Positions 1-4,751 of a DNA stretch of 16,886 nt are shown in pieces. The notes beneath the pieces were generated by a model. The model saw nothing but the letters and a program-made list of their open reading frames with translations, made no database searches and was not told the DNA's origin. Positions within the stretch are counted from its first letter, which is position 1; each line of letters begins with the position of its first letter. The translations under genes and the position numbers were made by a program. Source of the stretch: Comamonadaceae bacterium (lineage in GTDB: Bacteria; Pseudomonadota; Gammaproteobacteria; Burkholderiales; Burkholderiaceae_C); contig CANGEE010000052.1 of NCBI GenBank assembly GCA_947452635.1, positions 1-16,886 of the forward strand. Direction: 5' to 3'.

Positions 1-113
1 CAGTAATGGCCCAACTGAAAGGTTGGTTCGATGACTACAATTCGTATCACCCGCACAGCGCACTTGGTTACTTGCCACCAACGCTGTTCAGGGAGAAACG
101 ATCGGTAACTTAA
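1..113 (+). CDS. DDE (rve/integrase-core) transposase, C-terminal fragment; the 5' part lies outside the window
   Basis: Plus-strand frame 3 reads VMAQLKGWFDDYNSYHPHSALGYLPPTLFREKRSVT, then TAA at 111-113. The W..YN...PHSALGY..P tail is the conserved C-terminus of IS3/IS481-type rve transposases. It is absent from the ORF track because no start codon lies inside the window. Confidence 0.7.
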   Translation, partial: VMAQLKGWFDDYNSYHPHSALGYLPPTLFREKRSVT

Positions 114-145
114 ACATACCGACGGTACTGTAATACAGGGTCAAG
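1..145 (+). mobile_element. Right end of an insertion sequence (IS3-family-like). The exact terminus is not resolved and lies somewhere in 114-150.
   Basis: The transposase stops at 113. The adjacent minus-strand serine recombinase loses family-like sequence after ...LVKNTHYSG (about 146-170) and ends in a 12-codon non-homologous tail that overlaps the transposase stop. Confidence 0.5.
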
Positions 146-850
146 ACCACCCGAGTAGTGTGTGTTCTTGACGAGCGCATTGATTGAGCCAAGCGTCCAC
201 AAACCTTTCTTACGCCTTGGTTCCACGCCATTGCTGTCCAACAGTTGCTTGATCTGTGCAGTGCTGCTGCCCTTGATGAACTCAGCAAAAATGCGCTTCA
301 CCCACTTTGCCTCTTCTTGATTGACCACAAGTTTGTGATCTTCAAGTTGATATCCGAATGGTGCGGGACCTCCATGCCAACTGCCCTTGCGGACCTTGTT
401 CAACTTGCCGATGCGTGTGCGCTCTGCCCTTGTAGCGTTTTCGAACTCAGCAATAGCGTCAAGCAGTTGTTTCGTTAGTCTGTCGTTAGGATTTGAAAGA
501 TCGTAGACGCCGTCCTTCGTGTACAGCGTCACGCCTTGCTTGTTGCACTGATAACGAAAAACGCTTGCGACTTGATCGTTCCGTGACAAGCGTGATTGAT
601 CGTAGACCCACAGATGCTTGACTGATCCCTCTTTAACTGCAACGAAAAGTTCGCTCAAAACGGGACGATCAGCAATGTCTTCGTGATGGGAACTTTTTCC
701 ACCCTCGTCCCAAACCCTATGACTGAAGCCAAGTTCTTGAGCCTTCTTGATGCCCATGTCTTTCTGTGATTCAAGAGAAGTCCCATGCTCTGCTTGAGCC
801 ATCGTTGAAACACGAATGTAGATGTGCAGCGTCTGTTCTGCTTTTTTCAT
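110..850 (-). CDS. Serine recombinase (resolvase catalytic domain plus the first part of the large-serine-recombinase 'recombinase' domain), C-terminally truncated and probably non-functional
   Basis: The N-terminus HIYIRVSTMAQ carries the catalytic Ser motif. GGPAPFGYQL...EEAKWVKRIF...LWTLGSINALVKNTHYSG matches the recombinase-domain pattern of large serine integrases. The ORF is only 246 aa, against roughly 450-550 aa for the family, and its end runs into the IS. Confidence 0.8.
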   Translation of the reverse strand: MKKAEQTLHIYIRVSTMAQAEHGTSLESQKDMGIKKAQELGFSHRVWDEGGKSSHHEDIADRPVLSELFVAVKEGSVKHLWVYDQSRLSRNDQVASVFRYQCNKQGVTLYTKDGVYDLSNPNDRLTKQLLDAIAEFENATRAERTRIGKLNKVRKGSWHGGPAPFGYQLEDHKLVVNQEEAKWVKRIFAEFIKGSSTAQIKQLLDSNGVEPRRKKGLWTLGSINALVKNTHYSGGLDPVLQYRRYV

Positions 851-880
851 ATTCGATCGGTGATGTTCACATGGGTGCTA

Positions 881-1519
881 TCAGACCAACTCTACAGCGT
901 TCCTCAACAACTGATGATTAACCTCGATGTAGCGTTGCGTAACCGCAAGTGATTTGTGGCCTGCGAGTTCTTGTAGCACACGCACGGATACTCCCTTAGA
1001 TGCAAGCGAAGTTAGAAATCCACGCCTTCCCGAATGCGAACTTGCACCCTCAATGCCCACATCTTTGTATAAGTAATGAAAGTACTGAGCAAGTGTGTTT
1101 GCTGAGAACCCACGCTTGTTGTTCTTCTGCGTAGCAAACAAAGCACGACTTGTGTCTGTGACCAATATGGGTTGAAGGTCCTTGACTTTGAATCTAGTCA
1201 GCAAATACGACTTGAGTTCTTGCTGCAGTTTCGTGGGCAAGTACACGACACGACTGTGATCGCCCTTTGTTTGCTCCGCAGACAAACGCACTTCTTCTTT
1301 GATCTGTCCATCTGTGGTCAACACATCACAGATACGAAGTGCAGCCACCTCCCCAACACGCATCCCACTTTGATGTGTCAGCAAAAATTGGCACCGATTG
1401 CGACTTGCATGTCGTCTTGCTGAGATGTAAAGCAAGCACTTTTTAATTTCACGCTCGTTAAGCACCTTTGCTTGTGACATGTCATTTTTCCTATAAAACC
1501 AATTAATTAATGAAGACAT
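881..1519 (-). CDS. Tyrosine recombinase/integrase, catalytic-core-only (about 200 aa, FimB/FimE-like size and layout)
   Basis: Catalytic signature in order: GMRVGEV (Arg), SHSGRR (His-x-x-Arg), LAGHKS (His), TQRYIE (Tyr nucleophile). No N-terminal SAM-like arm-binding domain. The alternative start at 1480 (MSQAKVLNEREIKK) has AGGA 8 nt upstream, and the 1519 start has AAGGA upstream. It lies 30 bp upstream of the serine recombinase on the same strand. Confidence 0.88.
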   Translation of the reverse strand: MSSLINWFYRKNDMSQAKVLNEREIKKCLLYISARRHASRNRCQFLLTHQSGMRVGEVAALRICDVLTTDGQIKEEVRLSAEQTKGDHSRVVYLPTKLQQELKSYLLTRFKVKDLQPILVTDTSRALFATQKNNKRGFSANTLAQYFHYLYKDVGIEGASSHSGRRGFLTSLASKGVSVRVLQELAGHKSLAVTQRYIEVNHQLLRNAVELV

Positions 1520-1610
1520 AGTGTATTTCCTTTTATTTTTAATTCCTACCGATTTTTAACCTTGCTATATTTATATGGAAATCAAGCACCTACGACAATA
1601 TCAAAGGATC

Positions 1611-1674
1611 CTTCAATTTCTATTGATTTTTTACTGCTACCGTCTTGTGCAATTCGGAGCAGTCTCAATTGAAG
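1611..1674. repeat. Nested imperfect stem-loop: CTTCAATT (1611-1618) pairs with AATTGAAG (1667-1674), and ACTGCT (1633-1638) pairs with AGCAGT (1658-1663)
   Basis: Read directly from the sequence. It lies in the gene-free stretch 1520-1807. Confidence 0.55.
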
Positions 1675-1690
1675 CGATGTGTAGAAATAT

Positions 1691-1737
1691 TTGGGCAAAG
1701 TTTCTCTATCAAGAGCGCCTGAACGCTCTTTGCCCAA
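1691..1737. repeat. Composite hairpin: the right arm CGCTCTTTGCCCAA (1724-1737) pairs with TTGGGCAAAG (1691-1700) plus AGAGCG (1712-1717); loop CCTGAA; 11-nt bulge at 1701-1711
   Basis: Read directly. There are 16 paired positions in total, split by one asymmetric bulge. Confidence 0.65.
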
Positions 1738-1756
1738 TCTGCGAGAGACACGAATT

Positions 1757-1780
1757 ATTTCAGCCCACGAATGCTGAAAT
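1757..1780. repeat. Perfect 8-bp stem-loop ATTTCAGC-N8-GCTGAAAT. CACGAAT occurs twice, immediately 5' of the stem (1750-1756) and in the loop (1766-1772).
   Basis: Read directly. It sits 28 nt downstream of the Rep-like stop codon on the minus strand, and no clear U-tract follows on either strand. Confidence 0.6.
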
Positions 1781-1807
1781 GGTCAGTAACGCAGTTATGT
1801 CAAACAA

Positions 1808-2338
1808 TCACCACAGAATATTGTCTGTGTTGTGTTTGCCAACTTCCTTCGTGATGTAATCCAATGCATCAGTGTTGCATAGCGTTGCGTCATACTGAGC
1901 ATCAATTTCGTAGCACTGCTTTGAAGCAAGTTCTACGAACTTTGGTAAATCATTGAATTTCATGCTTTGTGGAAGATTTCCAATCAGCATATGGAAATGC
2001 TTACGCTTTGTACCTTGCCCATCTTCCCAAGCCTTCAGCATCCTCAAACGCTCCGTATGATGCCTTGTGTATTTTGATTTCCAAATCAATCTATTCAACT
2101 TATGCTCAAATCTTTCGCAAATCGATGGCAAGTCATTTACAGACAAATAATGCTTGATTTTCATTGATCCATTTTTGTCGAACCAACTTTGCTTCAAAGT
2201 CAATGTCAACATGACTTGAAAATCACCCATCTGTGGACGAAGAAATTCACGCACTGCATCTCTGCAGTTGTTCTTGTCGAATTCCATTTGAGCGATTCTT
2301 TCTCTGATTTCTGCTAATTTCATATCTTTATTTAGCAC
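1808..2338 (-). CDS. HUH-type rolling-circle replication initiator-like protein (Rep / inovirus Gp2 / YagK-YfjJ-like), small form
   Basis: Three motifs in canonical order and spacing: motif I VMLTLTLK (nt 2192-2212), motif II HUH KHFHMLIG (HFHMLI = nt 1982-1999), motif III DYITKEVGK with a candidate catalytic Tyr (nt 1835-1858). The track start at 2338 is GTG. An ATG at 2323 (MKLAEIRERI) is an equally plausible start. Confidence 0.6.
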   Translation of the reverse strand: MLNKDMKLAEIRERIAQMEFDKNNCRDAVREFLRPQMGDFQVMLTLTLKQSWFDKNGSMKIKHYLSVNDLPSICERFEHKLNRLIWKSKYTRHHTERLRMLKAWEDGQGTKRKHFHMLIGNLPQSMKFNDLPKFVELASKQCYEIDAQYDATLCNTDALDYITKEVGKHNTDNILW

Positions 2339-2375
2339 AAACCAAAGAAAATAAATAAAAAATCAAAGCATAATG

Positions 2376-2413
2376 TATGGATATTTTGCGTAAAAACTAC
2401 GGATATTTTGCGT
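2376..2413. promoter_or_regulatory. Two iteron-like direct repeats, TATGGATATTTTGCGT (2376-2391) and TACGGATATTTTGCGT (2398-2413), with a 22-bp period
   Basis: 15/16 identity read directly. They lie in the 142-bp divergent region between the Rep-like gene and the 150-aa gene, and overlap plausible -35/-10 elements of the minus-strand promoter. Confidence 0.6.
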
Positions 2414-2480
2414 GGGCTAGGAATTAATTATCTTTGGCTTCAGAATTGTACTCGTCGAATAATTTTTATGAGGAAATCAA

Positions 2481-2933
2481 ATGAGTCAAGCATTTGCAAG
2501 TCTGAAGTTGGTCAACGCAAACCGTCAAAACAATATTGAGCCAATTCAATTTCGTAGGAATAAACTTAACGAGAAACTGAAAATTCAAATCGCAATTGCG
2601 CAAGCAATGAGTCGTGGTGAAACATTCACGCAAAAGCGCATGAAGAAAATCACTGATAAGGTCAGTGGTCAGACTTCACTTGTGGAAGTTGACAAGCGAG
2701 TCAAGACTTGGTGGTTCACGAACACTGACACGAAGAAGATCGCAGTGCAGTTGTTCTATGGAAACAAGGTTATCGATCTTGCGAAAGGAAAGAACGCTGT
2801 AGAAGTTTCGAGCAGTGATGAGTTGATGGTTGTGCTATCGAAACTTCAAGAGGGAGTTCTCGATGGATTTTTAGATGCAAATATTGAAATGACTTCTAAA
2901 TTTTTGCGCGCCAGATTTAAAAATTTGAATTGA
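2481..2933 (+). CDS. Hypothetical protein, 150 aa, no function assignable
   Basis: Strong RBS GAGGAAA 7 nt upstream of the ATG. A candidate sigma70 promoter is TTGGCT (2434-2439)-18 nt-AATAAT (2458-2463). A strong terminator follows at 3007-3032. The protein is soluble-looking with mixed charge and carries a KRVKTWWF...GKNAVEV...ELMVVLSKLQEGVLDGFLD pattern. Confidence 0.75.
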   Translation: MSQAFASLKLVNANRQNNIEPIQFRRNKLNEKLKIQIAIAQAMSRGETFTQKRMKKITDKVSGQTSLVEVDKRVKTWWFTNTDTKKIAVQLFYGNKVIDLAKGKNAVEVSSSDELMVVLSKLQEGVLDGFLDANIEMTSKFLRARFKNLN

Positions 2934-3006
2934 TAGTATTTGTATATTTTTTGATGCAGCGAACTACGACTATTTGTTAATTTATTATCTGCATGACATG
3001 GAAATA

Positions 3007-3032
3007 AAAGAGCGTCTAAAGACGCTCTTTTT
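3007..3032. terminator. Bidirectional rho-independent terminator AAAGAGCGTC-TAAA-GACGCTCTTT, flanked by A and T runs
   Basis: Perfect 10-bp stem (3007-3016 / 3021-3030) with a 4-nt loop. It sits between the convergent genes 2481-2933 (+) and 3031-3198 (-). Confidence 0.85.
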
Positions 3033-3198
3033 AGTTTGAAACGACAACCGCAGCAGACGAAGTCGCAGCAATGGAATTTAATGAAGCAGTAAGACTACCC
3101 CCGTTACCATTTAATATTCCGCCGCCGCCACCACCACCACCACCGCAAGCGAACAGTATGAAAATTGAGAGCGAAATGCAAATTTTTTCAAATCTCAT
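3031..3198 (-). CDS. Miniature lipoprotein (55-aa precursor) with a Gly9 tract directly after the lipobox Cys
   Basis: MRFEKICISLSIFILFAC: a basic N-region, a hydrophobic core and the lipobox L-F-A-C. The mature part is CGGGGGGGGGILNGNGGSLTASLNSIAATSSAAVVVSN. The ATG at 3196-3198 overlaps the upstream TAA (3198-3200) as TAATG. The first 9 codons of track ORF 3031-3225 are judged to be an artefactual extension. Confidence 0.65.
   Translation of the reverse strand: MRFEKICISLSIFILFACGGGGGGGGGILNGNGGSLTASLNSIAATSSAAVVVSN
3121..3144. repeat. Trinucleotide tract (GCC)3(ACC)5, which reads as GGT5 GGC3 on the coding strand
   Basis: Read directly. Together with codon 3118-3120 it encodes nine consecutive Gly residues. 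Confidence 0.9.
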
Positions 3199-3728
3199 TA
3201 TATTTTCTGACAGACGCCAGTCCATGGTGCGTTGCTAGTATTGTCACTGACCTCTGTGACCAAAACTGTATTTCCTGAATTTACTGGTATAGAAATAAAA
3301 GTCATTGTGCCCGTTCTATTTCGAATGGTATCGGTTAATGTAATTGTTGATTTGTATGCGCCACTGTGACCCGTTATAGATTCTTCTGTAAATGTTCCTG
3401 TACTAGTGTAATTCGTTAATAGTGGATTGATCTTATTGTAATTCGATATTTCACCGCTAAGAGTTGAGACGGTGTTGCGATCATAATCAAAAATTGCAGT
3501 CGCAACCATACCAATTGTGTAACTTGAATCAAGACTGTTATATAAAACACCGAATCCGTTAATGTTTCTATTGACCATGCAGCCGTATTTTCCAGTGAGA
3601 CCAGATGGATTTGCTGCTGCCTTGGCGTTCTTCAAACCATATTTATATGCAAACGCTACTGAAGCAATCAAAATAAATATTGCAATAATTTTTACAGTAT
3701 TTCTTGCGCTGAAATTGTGCATTTTCAT
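3198..3728 (-). CDS. Secreted protein of unknown function (Sec signal peptide, beta-rich, two Cys)
   Basis: The N-terminus ...RNTVKIIAIFILIASVAFA/YKYG fits a Sec signal with an AXA cleavage site. The mature part is rich in Thr, Ser, Asn and Gly, with Cys near each end (GKYGCMV ... TGVCQKI). The likely true start is the ATG at 3722, which has AAGGA 7 nt upstream. Confidence 0.7.
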   Translation of the reverse strand: MKMHNFSARNTVKIIAIFILIASVAFAYKYGLKNAKAAANPSGLTGKYGCMVNRNINGFGVLYNSLDSSYTIGMVATAIFDYDRNTVSTLSGEISNYNKINPLLTNYTSTGTFTEESITGHSGAYKSTITLTDTIRNRTGTMTFISIPVNSGNTVLVTEVSDNTSNAPWTGVCQKI

Positions 3729-3833
3729 TTCCTTTTGATGTGACTAAAATTCGTTCGATCGTTTTATATCATAAATATAATTTATGTCTCTAGCAAGTTT
3801 TTTTATTTGCTTTAATACATCTTTAATGCAAGC

Positions 3834-4439
3834 ATGAAAGTCAACGAAGTCTGCTCACCACTCAAGACCTATCTCGCCACTGTACGAGTCGTATTGAGTA
3901 ACGGAAGCACCACAGCAAGAACTACGATCAGTGCTGAATGTTCCTCTCATGCTTACCTCATGCTCAATCGTTTGTACGGACTTGGTAATGTCATCAACTT
4001 GAGTGAGTTCATCAGTGAAACCTCTGAAATTGAACAACCATTATCAAAACGATATCTTGCTCCCATCAAATCTTTAGATCAAGTCCTACATAGGGAAAAC
4101 GCTCAGATCCAACCCTCGCAAGTCCCGCTGCAGCAGCGAAGTCTTCCGCGCAGACGACTGTCAGCGAGAGCCATTGCAGCCCCCATCAAGCATGACCTCG
4201 TTCAAGACATGTTGACCAAGCAATTCATGCGTCAAAGCAACATCGTCAAACCCACGAGTGATGACATACGCATTGCCAAGAGTCGTGCTGAGACGAGACT
4301 CAAGAGAGCCAATCTTGACTTTGAACGAGCAGCAGAAGATCAAGCCCGCAGACACGCAAGACAGTCAACGCTGAAAAGTTCTACCTCGCAGCAACTTACG
4401 CACAGAACTTCACGCAAGCCTAGTCAGACTACTTTCTGA
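3834..4439 (+). CDS. Hypothetical protein, 201 aa: a compact N-terminal domain of about 60 aa followed by a long basic Q/S/R-rich tail that is probably disordered
   Basis: Long ORF in low-GC DNA with coding-like composition. No recognisable Shine-Dalgarno sequence (aatgcaagcATG), and the promoter-like AT-rich elements lie close to the ATG, so the leader may be short. No family recognised. Confidence 0.55.
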   Translation: MKVNEVCSPLKTYLATVRVVLSNGSTTARTTISAECSSHAYLMLNRLYGLGNVINLSEFISETSEIEQPLSKRYLAPIKSLDQVLHRENAQIQPSQVPLQQRSLPRRRLSARAIAAPIKHDLVQDMLTKQFMRQSNIVKPTSDDIRIAKSRAETRLKRANLDFERAAEDQARRHARQSTLKSSTSQQLTHRTSRKPSQTTF

Positions 4440-4743
4440 CGCAGAACATCAGTTCCAAGAGTTCTACAGACGCTGAAGCATTGAGTCGTGCTTTGAACGC
4501 CTTGCCTTTCTTGTAGATGCTGAAGACATGCTCAGCACCCAATGTCTTGCCACGAGCAGACTTTGCGCCCAACTTGTTGAGATGTTCAGCGATAGCGTTG
4601 AAAGTGAGTTTCTGCTCGTCTCTGAGCGTTCTGACACGCTCAAACAGCCACTCTTGAGTCGTTGTGTATGGGCCTTTGTAGAGTGAGCGAGCACTAACTT
4701 TTACGACTGCCCTAAGAAATTGAGCGTCGTCAAAATTACTCAC
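4429..4743 (-). CDS. Small DNA-binding protein resembling the 'recombinase domain' (HTH) of large serine recombinases; it has no catalytic domain
   Basis: YKGPYTTTQEWLFERVRTLRDEQKLTFNAIAEHLNKLGAKSARGKTLGAEHVFSIYKKG aligns by eye with GGPAPFGYQ..EEAKWVKRIFAEFIKGSSTAQIKQLLDSNGVEPRRKKGLWTLGSINALVKN of the recombinase at 110-850. GTG start with no clear RBS, 8 nt after the glmS stop. It could be a remnant rather than an intact gene. Confidence 0.5.
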   Translation of the reverse strand: MSNFDDAQFLRAVVKVSARSLYKGPYTTTQEWLFERVRTLRDEQKLTFNAIAEHLNKLGAKSARGKTLGAEHVFSIYKKGKAFKARLNASASVELLELMFCVRK

Positions 4744-4751
4744 TTGCTGAA

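Noticed and set aside
88-478. ORFs 88-288 (-) and 245-478 (+) overlapping the serine recombinase gene
   Set aside because: Both are out of frame with or antisense to the recombinase ORF, which has clear catalytic and recombinase-domain motifs. Neither has motifs of its own.
1575-1859. 94-aa plus-strand ORF spanning the gene-free hairpin region
   Set aside because: No Shine-Dalgarno sequence upstream of the ATG. It overlaps the 3' end of the Rep-like gene by 52 nt, its sequence is dominated by the hairpin arms, and its Phe/Leu/Cys-rich composition is typical of AT-rich non-coding DNA. It might still deserve a Ribo-seq check.
3118-3146. The GCC/ACC repeat tract as a CRISPR-like or frameshifting phase-variation element
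   Set aside because: It is a single short in-frame triplet tract inside a coding region. There is no spacer-repeat organisation, and slippage would preserve the reading frame.
3031-3225. Full 64-aa version of the small ORF (start at 3225), overlapping the upstream gene by 28 nt
   Set aside because: The internal ATG at 3198 gives a canonical lipoprotein signal peptide beginning MRFEK and a TAATG stop-start junction. The extra 9 residues (MDWRLSENI) would put acidic residues ahead of the signal.
3764-3780. TTATAT-N5-ATATAA inverted repeat in the 3729-3833 divergent promoter region as an operator
   Set aside because: A 6-bp AT-only palindrome in a very AT-rich stretch is expected by chance. 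It more probably just reflects -10-like promoter sequence.
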